From a virus (Duplodnaviria; Caudoviricetes), in IMG/VR virus record IMGVR_UViG_3300032281_000614, positions 1-60,782 of that record: a stretch of 60,782 nt of DNA; one strand, given 5' to 3'. Shown piece by piece: positions 9,924 to 20,090 of the stretch. How positions within the stretch are numbered: the stretch's first letter is position 1; the number at the start of each line of letters is the position of its first letter. A model generated the notes under the pieces. The model was not told where the DNA came from. It saw only the letters and a list, made by a program, of their open reading frames with translations, and did no database searches. The translations under genes and the position numbers were made by a program.

Positions 9924-10651
9924 AATTTTTTGTATTGTTGATAAAAGTCTTCCATAACATCTCGATGCCACCATCCACATAAATGTATTCCGTCTCTGGC
10001 TTTGAGATATCCACCCGGTTCATGATCTTTAAATGCTTGATCTACATCAATCGATATTAGTTTAAAATTATAATTTTTCTGCAACAGCTCTACGATCATT
10101 TTATTTTTCATTTGATTATTGTAACTGTTATTATCTTCAAAATAAATTTTAAGATCATTATCATTAGTCCATGGCCCGTTAAACCGTGTACCTATTCTAT
10201 CACCATCATGATGATATGTTTCAAATCTGTGCATACTTGGCCATAATATAGCAACTATGTCTGGGTTAAGTATAGGTATCATATTTGATGCTAATCTGGC
10301 CACAGTATCGGAACTTGCACCACCCAATCCAGCATTATATACCACATGATTGGGGAAGTATTTAACAGCTAACTGTTCAGGCCAATTATCTTCTACAGAT
10401 ATCCCCACCCCCACAGTGTGGCTACACCCAAATGCTAAAATTGTAGGCTTGTCTATACTAATTTCAAATTCTCTACTTCTAAATCCATGAGAATTAAATT
10501 TATAGCCTACACTATATTTTCCCCAATGCTGAGAAGGATTTTTGTCATAATTTTCTTCAGTGTCAACGTCGCTGGGACTAAAGGACATTTCTTGACCACA
10601 AGGATATGTTCCAACATTTAATCCTGATCCCAAAGTCCAATAATTCTTCAT
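9920..10651 (-). CDS. SGNH/GDSL-like protein
   Basis: NSHGFR, FGCSHTVG, NAGLGGAS, C-terminal DGIH. Confidence 0.7.
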   Translation of the reverse strand: MKNYWTLGSGLNVGTYPCGQEMSFSPSDVDTEENYDKNPSQHWGKYSVGYKFNSHGFRSREFEISIDKPTILAFGCSHTVGVGISVEDNWPEQLAVKYFPNHVVYNAGLGGASSDTVARLASNMIPILNPDIVAILWPSMHRFETYHHDGDRIGTRFNGPWTNDNDLKIYFEDNNSYNNQMKNKMIVELLQKNYNFKLISIDVDQAFKDHEPGGYLKARDGIHLCGWWHRDVMEDFYQQYKKL

Positions 10652-12114
10652 GATATGACTCGAACTCCATATAGTTTTTCAAAACGGTCAGCATCACTAC
10701 GATCATTAACCATTGGTTCGCCTCTAATATTTAAACTTGTATTAAGTAACATAGGACAACCAGTCCATTCAAACCACGCTTCTAAAAGTTGTCGTATCCC
10801 TGAATCATCTTTTGGAACAGTTTGCACACGACTTGTACGGTCAGCATGGATGATAGCAGGAAACTGCTCAGGATAACGACAATATGCCACTGTCTGCATA
10901 TACCTACTATTAGGCCACCCGAGAGGCATATCAAAATAATCGTGCGCTAGCTCTTCGAGTATAACAGGAGCGAAAGGCCTAAATTGTTGGCGACGTTTAA
11001 TTTCGTTTACTTTCTCCTTGATCTCAGGGACTCGCGGATCAGCTAATAATGATCTATTGCCTAATGCTCGTGGACCAAACTCAGCACGACCACTAGCAAC
11101 TCCTACCATTTTATTTGTTAGTAATTCACTTATTAAATCTTTTACAGGATAAGGTCCAGGTATATCTGTACCTAAATAGGCATTGCGCCAATTTAACCTT
11201 TTACCGTAGCTTAATGCTGCGGCACCTAAACTACTACCACAATCTCCAGGATTAGGCATGATCCAAATGTTTTTGAAATATGGTCCAATTAAATCATTAG
11301 CTTTACAATTCAATGCGACCCCACCCATATAAACTAAATTCTTACTTCGACCTATTTCCTCTGCACGTAGCATAATATGATGTAGACATTGTTCAAGTGT
11401 ATATTGTGCTGATGCGGCTATTTCAAAGTTTGACATACCTGGGTGATATTCATCGCAGCCAACGTGTAGGTTTTGACGGAATCTTAAATCGTGTGCGTGT
11501 TCTAAAAAGTCACCATACATGTTAGCATCATAAGGAGCATAGGCGGCCATACCCATTAGGATATATTCTTCATCTAAGGGTTTGAGTCCTGCACGTTTAG
11601 TCATAGCACTATAAAATAAACCTAAACTGTGTGGATACTTCTGGCTCCATAGTTTTTTGTATACTGCTTTGCTGTCGACATATTCAGCTGACCATATACT
11701 TGCTGTGTCCCACTCGCCTATAGCATCAATTACTACCACAGTAGCATCGTCATATGGACTTGTTTGAAATCCTGCGGCTGCATGTGATTTGTGATGGCCG
11801 TGGTACTCAATGTCTGGTGGATTTTTATTCGGCCAAATTTTACGTATCTTGTCTTCAATACTAGTATCAAACAAATCCTTATATTGTCCAGCGTATAGTT
11901 GTCGGGTTTTCTTTAACCAAGGACGTTCATAGTAGGCGATACGATCTGGTATGCCGCAGTGTGTGAAACAGTCAGCAAGAATCTCAACGTTGAGTTCGCT
12001 GTCATGTTTACGTTTGCTGTAACGTTCAGCATGCGCGGCAAATACTATCTCACCATCATCGATGAGAGCTATACCTGCATCATGAAACCCAGCTGAGATT
12101 CCTAATATATTCAT
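10648..12114 (-). CDS. O-carbamoyltransferase (NodU/CmcH/TobZ family)
   Basis: FHDAG, HHKSHAAA, DAIGE, GGVALNC, EFGPRALGNRS, KRRQQFRPFAP, LNTSLN. Confidence 0.95.
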   Translation of the reverse strand: MNILGISAGFHDAGIALIDDGEIVFAAHAERYSKRKHDSELNVEILADCFTHCGIPDRIAYYERPWLKKTRQLYAGQYKDLFDTSIEDKIRKIWPNKNPPDIEYHGHHKSHAAAGFQTSPYDDATVVVIDAIGEWDTASIWSAEYVDSKAVYKKLWSQKYPHSLGLFYSAMTKRAGLKPLDEEYILMGMAAYAPYDANMYGDFLEHAHDLRFRQNLHVGCDEYHPGMSNFEIAASAQYTLEQCLHHIMLRAEEIGRSKNLVYMGGVALNCKANDLIGPYFKNIWIMPNPGDCGSSLGAAALSYGKRLNWRNAYLGTDIPGPYPVKDLISELLTNKMVGVASGRAEFGPRALGNRSLLADPRVPEIKEKVNEIKRRQQFRPFAPVILEELAHDYFDMPLGWPNSRYMQTVAYCRYPEQFPAIIHADRTSRVQTVPKDDSGIRQLLEAWFEWTGCPMLLNTSLNIRGEPMVNDRSDADRFEKLYGVRVIS

Positions 12115-12838
12115 ATACTATTTTTGATGCCTCTACATGAGATTCTTCTAATGGATGTGTTGTTCCAAAAGGAAATTTATTTTCTTTAGCCCATTCATAA
12201 AAACCAAGGTTAGTAGGGAACCATAACCAATTTTTAAAATTCATTTGTTTTAAAAGTGTTTTTAATGTTTGATCATCTTTAAAATGATCGACATTAGTTA
12301 ATCCATGATCTACACTGGTAAACAAATAAGGTATATTTTTCATTTCCAAATACTGCTGTAGCATTACTATCTCACTTAGTGATGTATAAAGCTCCCAATA
12401 TTCAAAAGATCCTACATAATGATAGAATATCTTAGCAAATTGTGAGATTCCTAATTTTTTATCTCCTGCTATTTTGTCTACATGCCATTTAAATATTATA
12501 GGATTATCTACATGGAATTCTTTCTTTATATCCTCTACTTTATCAAGTATAGACCAAGATGTTATCTGCTCCCATGATTCGTCAAATTTGAATTCATATC
12601 TACAACAAAATGACCATGTGACCAATACCAAACCTATATCATCAGCCGTTTCACAAGCATTCATAGTTAATCTTCTTATAGCACTGTTTGATGCCCCGGG
12701 TAAAGCTACACATTGATAATCCATATTAATTTTTTTAGCTATTAATGCTGGATATGTTGATAGGCTAGGTCGTCGATTACCGTCTTGTAATTCATTTCCA
12801 TAGGTAAAACTATCACCACCAGCGATTAGAATAGACAT
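12080..12838 (-). CDS. SGNH/GDSL-like protein
   Basis: GGDSFTYG, PGASN, C-terminal HPLEESH. Confidence 0.7.
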   Translation of the reverse strand: MSILIAGGDSFTYGNELQDGNRRPSLSTYPALIAKKINMDYQCVALPGASNSAIRRLTMNACETADDIGLVLVTWSFCCRYEFKFDESWEQITSWSILDKVEDIKKEFHVDNPIIFKWHVDKIAGDKKLGISQFAKIFYHYVGSFEYWELYTSLSEIVMLQQYLEMKNIPYLFTSVDHGLTNVDHFKDDQTLKTLLKQMNFKNWLWFPTNLGFYEWAKENKFPFGTTHPLEESHVEASKIVYEYIRNLSWVS

Positions 12839-13467
12839 GTTAAATCTACCATATGTTTGTATATTTTGTCTGCAACTATTTTGTGGCCATGTTCAAGGAA
12901 ATGCCCCCTTGGGCCAATCTCAACCCCATACGTCCATTCCATCATGGTTGTATCGGGCCAACCTACATAAAATTTGCTGTCAATTTGTGCAAATAAATCT
13001 GTATTTGTTGACCGTCTATCTGTATATTGATGATTACCAAAACTATCTAACATCAAATAAGATTTATTATTAGCCTTAAAGAAATTTTGTATCAAAATGA
13101 TGTTTAATAGATATTGTCTATACAAATAGTCATCATTATGATGCTTGCTATAATAATTAATTATTTCTTTTCGCCACGGACTATGTTCTTCATGCGGTAA
13201 TGGATTACAACCAGGCCATAAATCATAAAACCCATTTTCATCAGACAACTCAGTGCGAGCAAAATGACTCCAAGCTATGATTGCTATATCATAGTTATTA
13301 ACCTGTTCAATACAATGGCGCACCATACGGGTATTACCACTACCTGGACGAGATAAGTTAGTTAATTCGCACCCGACTCGGTGGGTCAAAAGATTAGGCC
13401 AGGCATTAGTTAAATCATTTAGTTCTTCCCCGTAGGTAAAACTATCACCAACAATTAATAAACGCAT
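12826..13467 (-). CDS. SGNH/GDSL-like protein
   Basis: GDSFTYG, PGSGN, C-terminal GHFLEHGH. Confidence 0.7.
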   Translation of the reverse strand: MRLLIVGDSFTYGEELNDLTNAWPNLLTHRVGCELTNLSRPGSGNTRMVRHCIEQVNNYDIAIIAWSHFARTELSDENGFYDLWPGCNPLPHEEHSPWRKEIINYYSKHHNDDYLYRQYLLNIILIQNFFKANNKSYLMLDSFGNHQYTDRRSTNTDLFAQIDSKFYVGWPDTTMMEWTYGVEIGPRGHFLEHGHKIVADKIYKHMVDLTCLF

Positions 13468-13568
13468 TATTTGTAAATAAATGGATCTCTTTTGCGTAGC
13501 TCTTTGAGCTTTTTGCGATAAGCTATTTCTAGTCTAATTCGATTATATAGATTTTTTAACCAATTCAT
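13467..13568 (-). CDS. 33-aa basic peptide (not in ORF track)
   Basis: MNWLKNLYNRIRLEIAYRKKLKELRKRDPFIYK*. AAGGAG SD upstream; TAATG coupling downstream; fills the only apparent gap in the operon. Confidence 0.8.
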   Translation of the reverse strand: MNWLKNLYNRIRLEIAYRKKLKELRKRDPFIYK

Positions 13569-15177
13569 AAAATTTCTCCTTGAATAATTCTGCTGCACCT
13601 CGATGTGCTTCTTCGAGCGGGTGTCCCATAGGCCCTACTTTATACTTATTTTCCAGAGCCCATTGATAAAACCCTCTTGGTGTTAGGGTGTCACCCAATT
13701 CTGTTCCGGCTGGAAATAAGTACCAATTTTCCCAATGTATATCAGGATTATTAGTAACGACACAGTTATCTACGCAGGTAAAGATGTACGGATAATTATG
13801 AGATTCGAGATAATCCTGTAGTTTGATTATCCACTGATCGCTATTTAGATAATTGTCACGACTTGGCCACGTCCAACATACGACAACAAGAGGTTTTTTC
13901 ATCCATGATAATTCTTGTTTTATTCTATCATAGATTTCTTTATTGCTTATTCCTGGATAAGCGGCACAAAGATAATCTCTACCTGCCAACAAAGCAACAA
14001 ATGTATTTTTGCTATATCCGTTAGTTCCGCCATGAGGACTATCAGCAAGTTCACTTCCCCATATGTGACTATCGCCACCGGCTAAGATTGTTAATCGACT
14101 ATCGTGATAATCATATCCTGGTTTCATTATTTCTATTTGCATCTGTTTGTAGTCTGGATCAGTCCAACAGTAATCAAATGTATTTGACACTTCGTCTGCT
14201 TGGATACTATAGATATCAAGATATTTTCCCAATGTTTCTCTTATTTTTATAGGATCGCTATCACCAAAAGGGGTTAGATCAACTTGTCCTATGGGCAGAT
14301 ATCCAAGACTGAGTTTTTTATCTTTAGGATCTAATCCATTTTTTATTAGCCATCTGTTAAATACACGCTGTTCTTGATTGTGCCAAGGAAATGGTCCATT
14401 TAAGAATACACTGTTTCCCCATTCTATATCAAACTCACCACTATAATATTGCAAATGCGTAATAGCTTCACAAGTAGTAGCATCTAATTTTGGTGCATTT
14501 TCGTCTCGCCATACCTCAAATAAGGTCTTGCCTATTTGTGTCCAATGCATATATACTCCACCAAATTTCCTATCATATCCATTTTCTAAAAACAATTCTC
14601 TATGTTCATCTGTCAGACTATACCTTGGACAGTTAAGAAATGTTGTAATTTGAGTACTGCGTACCCATTCTGGTAATGTGGCTTTTTTACGTAGGCAAAG
14701 TATTAAACTTTCTAATTCATGGCAAATGGTATTTAATTCTCGTATAGCATATTTGGTAGTATGGTCGGCACGTCGATAATAAGGACTTAAATTTTCTACT
14801 GTTCCTTGTAACCTTTCAAAATGATTATGCAAATGATTGAGTAGATCTTGATTTGGGTCTAGTCCGTTGCGTAGACTTTTTGGTGAAAATACTTCAGTAA
14901 TAGTGTAGTCATCAAAAAAATTATTAATAATATCTATAGCTGAATTAAGTTCTTTGCAGAGATAAGTCAGGTTACGTGCAGTATCAGGAAACCCTAAAAA
15001 ACAAAAATTCTTTTCTAATATATTGCCATTTTTTAATAATTCTTTAAGGGCCGCAAACCAATCTTGAGCTAACGGATTATTAAACACATGTATATTATAG
15101 ATCAATTGGTCATCATGATCTAAAGGATTTCGTAGAGTTACTTTAACTAATTGATTGGTACCATTCAAATGCATCAC
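13543..15177 (-). CDS. Unknown N-terminal domain fused to a C-terminal SGNH-like domain
   Basis: About 360 aa of unknown domain (LNHLHNHFE...N..CHELE), then LAGGDSHIWG...GHPLEEAH, similar to 12080-12838. Confidence 0.65.
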   Translation of the reverse strand: MMHLNGTNQLVKVTLRNPLDHDDQLIYNIHVFNNPLAQDWFAALKELLKNGNILEKNFCFLGFPDTARNLTYLCKELNSAIDIINNFFDDYTITEVFSPKSLRNGLDPNQDLLNHLHNHFERLQGTVENLSPYYRRADHTTKYAIRELNTICHELESLILCLRKKATLPEWVRSTQITTFLNCPRYSLTDEHRELFLENGYDRKFGGVYMHWTQIGKTLFEVWRDENAPKLDATTCEAITHLQYYSGEFDIEWGNSVFLNGPFPWHNQEQRVFNRWLIKNGLDPKDKKLSLGYLPIGQVDLTPFGDSDPIKIRETLGKYLDIYSIQADEVSNTFDYCWTDPDYKQMQIEIMKPGYDYHDSRLTILAGGDSHIWGSELADSPHGGTNGYSKNTFVALLAGRDYLCAAYPGISNKEIYDRIKQELSWMKKPLVVVCWTWPSRDNYLNSDQWIIKLQDYLESHNYPYIFTCVDNCVVTNNPDIHWENWYLFPAGTELGDTLTPRGFYQWALENKYKVGPMGHPLEEAHRGAAELFKEKFYELVKKSI

Positions 15178-16447
15178 GTCTTTCCAATAAAATGTCAGCC
15201 AAAGTTAATCGATCTTGGCGGATACTCTCTAATTGTAGCACACGAGCTTTACCTTTTGCAACCGATGTTTGGTAAGTATCTGGCCACTGTTCAGCAAAAG
15301 TTGGGCGTGTTTTAAGTTGGATTAATATGTCCCTTAGCGAGCTATTTTGCAGGTGTCCTGCAGGGTCTTGGCCAACCAGTAGTTCGTCTATCCAAGGATG
15401 TAAAATCTCTTTGGGTAGGGCCAAGGGCGACAAGATAATATCCGGGCTAAAACTAAAGACTACTTTGGCAAGTATATCTACGCCCAATTCTGTAGCTAAC
15501 TTCTCGATGTTGTGAAGTTCAAACATACCCGGCAGGGTAAGTGTAAAGTCTATTCTTGCTTGTCTACGGTGAGTAGAGACTCGAATAACTTCCTGAAAGT
15601 TCGCAAGCCACGCTTCATAGTCAAGACCTGTTCGGATATATTCTCCAATTGCTCCCGTACCATCAAGGCTTGCGCAGATTTGCCAGTCACGTAACCTAGC
15701 CAAAATATCAGTGCAGAGATTGATGCCGCGATAATTGATGCGACTAAGATTAGTGTTGTATCTAGCGTAAACATTTGGTCCATCTCCCAGTTCAACAATG
15801 CGGTGCATGTAGCGCCAATGTTGTTCGTACATTAGAGGCTCTCCGCCCACCCAATATACTTCCTCGATTCGATGTTCCTCTACTGCGGTAGCGAATTCTT
15901 GCTCAATTTGTGAGCTTTGGAACTTTTCAATTTCGCTTTTAACTTCTGGGCGCATCCAATTATTCTTTGGATTATCCCAATTGATCATGTTATGCTGTCT
16001 TTGTTCAGTCTCCCACGCACTAGACAACATATCACCACACATGCGACACTTAAAGTTGCAGAGATTACTAAAACGATAATCCCAGCTTACAGGCTGCATT
16101 GTAGTATAACCAGTGCTGTCTGTAGTGTCCCATATACTATCATACTTATGACTAAACATGGAATTAAAATAACTACGGTAAATGTCTGTGTTCAATAACT
16201 TATCATTACAAACTTCGCATTCAGGTAAGATTTCGCCTGCCATCATGCGACGTCGAACTGACTTCATGTGTTCACCGTTCCAATGTTCTTCTAAGGTAAC
16301 AGGAATGTATTTTCCTGTACCAGATTTAGTGTCAATATACTGCGCAAAGTTCTGTGCAGGCTCACGTGATGCACAACACATTCTCCGTTCAGTCTGGGGG
16401 CTTAGGTATGTGTGTACCCAAGGTGCAAGACAAAGATTTTTACTCAC
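15143..16447 (-). CDS. Radical SAM enzyme with N-terminal SPASM/Twitch-like domain
   Basis: CLAPW..MCC..CEVC, then CNFKCRMC, GGEP, YNTN, SLDG. Confidence 0.9.
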   Translation of the reverse strand: MSKNLCLAPWVHTYLSPQTERRMCCASREPAQNFAQYIDTKSGTGKYIPVTLEEHWNGEHMKSVRRRMMAGEILPECEVCNDKLLNTDIYRSYFNSMFSHKYDSIWDTTDSTGYTTMQPVSWDYRFSNLCNFKCRMCGDMLSSAWETEQRQHNMINWDNPKNNWMRPEVKSEIEKFQSSQIEQEFATAVEEHRIEEVYWVGGEPLMYEQHWRYMHRIVELGDGPNVYARYNTNLSRINYRGINLCTDILARLRDWQICASLDGTGAIGEYIRTGLDYEAWLANFQEVIRVSTHRRQARIDFTLTLPGMFELHNIEKLATELGVDILAKVVFSFSPDIILSPLALPKEILHPWIDELLVGQDPAGHLQNSSLRDILIQLKTRPTFAEQWPDTYQTSVAKGKARVLQLESIRQDRLTLADILLERRDAFEWYQSIS

Positions 16448-17321
16448 GGGCTAAATTCCAATGATTTAGTATTGCGTTTTGTCTACTCCACCAAAAATTA
16501 TATGTTTCAAACATAAGATCATTATTAGGAACAGATAACCCGTTATTAATAAAAATATCAGTAATATTTTTTACAGTCAATTCTGCAGAAAATAAATTAT
16601 CTAAATAAAAAATATCTTGCTTTGCTTGATTATTAGATTTGTGTTCTAATATATTTTCTACTGTAGAAAAAAGTACAAATTCAGGATTATTTACTATTTC
16701 TTGATCAAAAAATTCTTCTACGTTGTTTACATTAACCAATGGAGATCCTTTAAAATATTTGGTCACTAAGTGACTTCTCTTAGCGTTGCAGGTTTTAGGA
16801 TCGTGATGTTTTCTCTTAACAGTATTTGCGTCCATTACTTCATAATGTTTTAACCACAGCATTTTTCTTGACCAAGATAGAGACCGAGTTGAATTAATAA
16901 TAACATTAACAAAAATTGCATCTTCCATAAATTTTGGATTTTGAGATTTATGTAGTATCAGATTTATTTTTTTATTATTATTGATATTCTCTTTGAAATA
17001 ATCTATACCATTGTCTTCTTGATACTGATAAAATTCCTGATATGTTGTTTCGTTTCCTCTCTCAAAAGTGCCACTATAAAAATCTGTATGGTATGGTAAG
17101 TCTGGCTCAATCCTAAGATGTTGTGATGGGTCCAATGGAAAGTGTTGATTCAGATACTCCATGAGCTTGTCTTTAAATTGATTTGTTCTTTTTATATTTT
17201 CTAACTTTTCATCCCAAGATGCTATATCATTGGATAATTGCAACATCACTGATAAAAATTTTCCGGCACAGCCCGAAGCATATCTTACTACTATAAATTT
17301 AGGATCTGTCATGATGCACAT
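16440..17321 (-). CDS. Hypothetical protein, possibly sulfotransferase-like fold
   Basis: N-terminal strand-loop-helix IVVRYASGCAGKFL; AT-rich. ORF is solid, function weak. Confidence 0.5.
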   Translation of the reverse strand: MCIMTDPKFIVVRYASGCAGKFLSVMLQLSNDIASWDEKLENIKRTNQFKDKLMEYLNQHFPLDPSQHLRIEPDLPYHTDFYSGTFERGNETTYQEFYQYQEDNGIDYFKENINNNKKINLILHKSQNPKFMEDAIFVNVIINSTRSLSWSRKMLWLKHYEVMDANTVKRKHHDPKTCNAKRSHLVTKYFKGSPLVNVNNVEEFFDQEIVNNPEFVLFSTVENILEHKSNNQAKQDIFYLDNLFSAELTVKNITDIFINNGLSVPNNDLMFETYNFWWSRQNAILNHWNLARE

Positions 17322-17904
17322 CCTTAAATATATCGTAGTTTGATAATAGAGGATACTCGTCAGATGACCAGGTACGTGCAGGTAAAGAAATTGCCTGAGA
17401 TAATTTTTCTAATCCAAGTATTGCTGTATCGATCGTCATATAATAGTGATATCCTAAAATATCAAATTTTTGTTCTTTCCACGGAATATTAGGTAATCTA
17501 CCATCATGTGTCATTTTTTTAAGGATATGGTAATCTTCAATTCTGTCACAGAGTATTGCTCCTCCCCTACCCAAACTAAGATGTTTCTTAAATTGAAAAC
17601 TTAAACACATTAATGTATTAGGAATATAACTATTTTGTCTCCATAGAACAGCCGCATCAATTATATTAGTATTTCCAAGATAATAATATTCAGTCCACGG
17701 AGTGCGAGTCCACCCCCATCCTAAATTGAGCTTCATAAATGTCATCGGTATAGATAGATAAGTCTGATTAGGGCATGACGTATTTTTTACATTTTTGTAT
17801 AGTAAACATAATTCTATAGCATGTGTACAGCAATCTGTCGCTACAGCATACGGACTACCAAAAAATTTAGCAATTTCTATTTCAAATAATTCAACTGCGC
17901 TCAT
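17299..17904 (-). CDS. Short DegT-family aminotransferase-like protein
   Basis: FEIEIAKFFGSPYAVATDCCTHAI, IIDAA, LSFQFKKHL..GRGGAIL; only 201 aa. Confidence 0.8.
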   Translation of the reverse strand: MSAVELFEIEIAKFFGSPYAVATDCCTHAIELCLLYKNVKNTSCPNQTYLSIPMTFMKLNLGWGWTRTPWTEYYYLGNTNIIDAAVLWRQNSYIPNTLMCLSFQFKKHLSLGRGGAILCDRIEDYHILKKMTHDGRLPNIPWKEQKFDILGYHYYMTIDTAILGLEKLSQAISLPARTWSSDEYPLLSNYDIFKDVHHDRS

Positions 17905-18868
17905 AAAATTCCAATATTGGATCTACTAATTCTTCCTTAAATTTCTGTGTTACTAATTTTTTATTGTAAAACAAATTCCAATTATGATCTAATTTGTCTT
18001 TGGTTATTTTATCAGTAAAATAGTTTGGTTCATCTTTTACTGATTGGTTTAATCTATAGATTTCTTTGCAAACTTTATTTAATCTCATTTCAGCGTCTGC
18101 TGTATTATCATAACTCTCATCAATGACATGATCAAATGTAACAAATCCTTGATTTTTTAAATATTTCAACATGCCAGGACTTGCCCAGCTGATGGTAGGA
18201 TGTTTAAAGGCTATTGGTTTATAAGATTTTTCTGAGTAGGCTACAGTATGTATAAGTCTGGTATCAATTGCAGATAAATCGTCTATGCCCGTTTCTACAA
18301 CCACACTAAATTTTGTAGCATCATACCAGTCTGGATTTATATACCTTTGCCATTGCGTGTTATCTTTTGAAAGATCAGTCGACCCTTGCAAAGTTATGTC
18401 TCGCCCGTGATAGCTATATATAGCATCGTCAAGTATAGGTAATAGTTTATCATAGATTCTATCTCTATGACATTTTTGCAAATTCATCAGCATAAGGAAC
18501 GATTTATCTGCAAAAAGTTTTGGAATATATTTGTCATACCCCAATGATGCATACCATAGGCTTTCGTTTATCCAAGACCAGTTTTTTGATATAAGAACAA
18601 ATAAATTTTCCTCAGTATTTTGATGCCAATGATCGTATGAGTAGCTATCCCAACAATGATCAACTATAACTTTAAATCCTTGATCTTTCCATTGATATAT
18701 CCATGGTTCTGCCCTTCTAAAATCAGCATATATCATATGTGATTTATCATAGGATTTTCCATCCTCTATCGGAATTCTTTCAAAATATTGATTCCACAAC
18801 GGTTCGAAAAAATTAGTCTGCAGATTTGACCATTGATCTTCTCTATATAATAATTTAATTTTGTTCAT
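17891..18868 (-). CDS. Putative GT-B/GT10-like glycosyltransferase (ET...[ST]EK family)
   Basis: FSVVVET...YSEKSYKPI...GFVTFDHVIDESYD; paralog of 25571-26527. Confidence 0.5.
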   Translation of the reverse strand: MNKIKLLYREDQWSNLQTNFFEPLWNQYFERIPIEDGKSYDKSHMIYADFRRAEPWIYQWKDQGFKVIVDHCWDSYSYDHWHQNTEENLFVLISKNWSWINESLWYASLGYDKYIPKLFADKSFLMLMNLQKCHRDRIYDKLLPILDDAIYSYHGRDITLQGSTDLSKDNTQWQRYINPDWYDATKFSVVVETGIDDLSAIDTRLIHTVAYSEKSYKPIAFKHPTISWASPGMLKYLKNQGFVTFDHVIDESYDNTADAEMRLNKVCKEIYRLNQSVKDEPNYFTDKITKDKLDHNWNLFYNKKLVTQKFKEELVDPILEFYERS

Positions 18869-20090
18869 AGCCCATTGCCTTGGCTATATTAGTATGCGTG
18901 TCCAAGAAACTTTGTTTGCGGTATTCATCTGTTTGTTGCATTCTACGCAAAAACTCAGCGCCATCACTGCCTTCACCATTCTTAATAAATTGCACAATAC
19001 GCAAGATTTCTGCACGATATTTAGGATTAAATTCATGTGAGGTCAATCTATCAATTACTAATTCTTGTGCAGCTGGAGTCATACGGCTAATACACATGTG
19101 CCACGGGTCGTGCAACATATTAAAGTAAACATAACCAAAGTTCTGAGTACTAATCCAATCACATAGTTCAGGTAGATAGTAGACATTTTGTATGTTTATG
19201 GTTGTGCATAATTGTATCGACATTCTATTCCAAGCCATTCCGGCAAATTTAGCTATATTTTTTTCTACCTGATTCCATTCTGCACCATAACGTTCATACT
19301 CAAATTGAGCGCCAATATTATCTATACTAAATGCTATTTCTACATGTTTAAAATTATCCCAAAGCTCTGCAGATTCAGGAAATTGTGTCCCATTGGTATT
19401 GTAGTGTATTTCAATATTTTTACTGTATCCTTTTTCAACAGCATATTGTAAGAGATCAAAATGCTGTTGTATGAGGAATGGCTCACCGCCGGTAAATTCA
19501 AAATATTTTATATTAGGTAACAGAGTTTTTAAATTATCCCAGAATACTTCAGACTCTCTTGGCCATGCACCTTCCTTAAGGAATGTATAAGCTAAGTGTG
19601 TTTTCTTTTCATATGTAGGAATATGCCCATATTTGTTGACTTCGTATTGTACTTCTTCCTGTGCCCATTTACTGCTGGACCAACTACCGCAAATACGGCA
19701 TTTAAGATTACATATATTACCTAATTTAAGATCAATAAACCATAGTTGATCAGGATTGATATTATTAAAATCAATGTTATCATAATATTCTTTCAATCTT
19801 ACGCGACTATTAATTCGTTTACTGGTTCGACCTACTTCTTCTTCATCCCAACAACGCTGACATGTTTCTGGTTTTTGGCCATATAAAAAATCACGACGCA
19901 ATAATTGCATATATCGACTGTGATAAATTTCTTCAAGGGTATGTTCTTTAAGATTAAACTTAACATTTTTTCCATTTTCATCAGTATAATAAATTTCTTC
20001 TTTGGCAAGACAACAGGGTCTTGCAGTTCCAATGGGGCTGGTTTCTATACTGATCCATGGTAAGATACAAATTTTTTCAGGTAACGGCAT
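18855..20090 (-). CDS. Radical SAM enzyme with N-terminal SPASM/Twitch-like domain
   Basis: CILPW..RPCC..CQRC, then CNLKCRIC, GGEP, YNTNG. Confidence 0.92.
   Translation of the reverse strand: MPLPEKICILPWISIETSPIGTARPCCLAKEEIYYTDENGKNVKFNLKEHTLEEIYHSRYMQLLRRDFLYGQKPETCQRCWDEEEVGRTSKRINSRVRLKEYYDNIDFNNINPDQLWFIDLKLGNICNLKCRICGSWSSSKWAQEEVQYEVNKYGHIPTYEKKTHLAYTFLKEGAWPRESEVFWDNLKTLLPNIKYFEFTGGEPFLIQQHFDLLQYAVEKGYSKNIEIHYNTNGTQFPESAELWDNFKHVEIAFSIDNIGAQFEYERYGAEWNQVEKNIAKFAGMAWNRMSIQLCTTINIQNVYYLPELCDWISTQNFGYVYFNMLHDPWHMCISRMTPAAQELVIDRLTSHEFNPKYRAEILRIVQFIKNGEGSDGAEFLRRMQQTDEYRKQSFLDTHTNIAKAMGYEQN

Noticed and set aside
16440-17321. Firm sulfotransferase call to partner the APS kinase
   Set aside because: Only a loose N-terminal loop resemblance and no clear PAPS-binding motifs; left as hypothetical.
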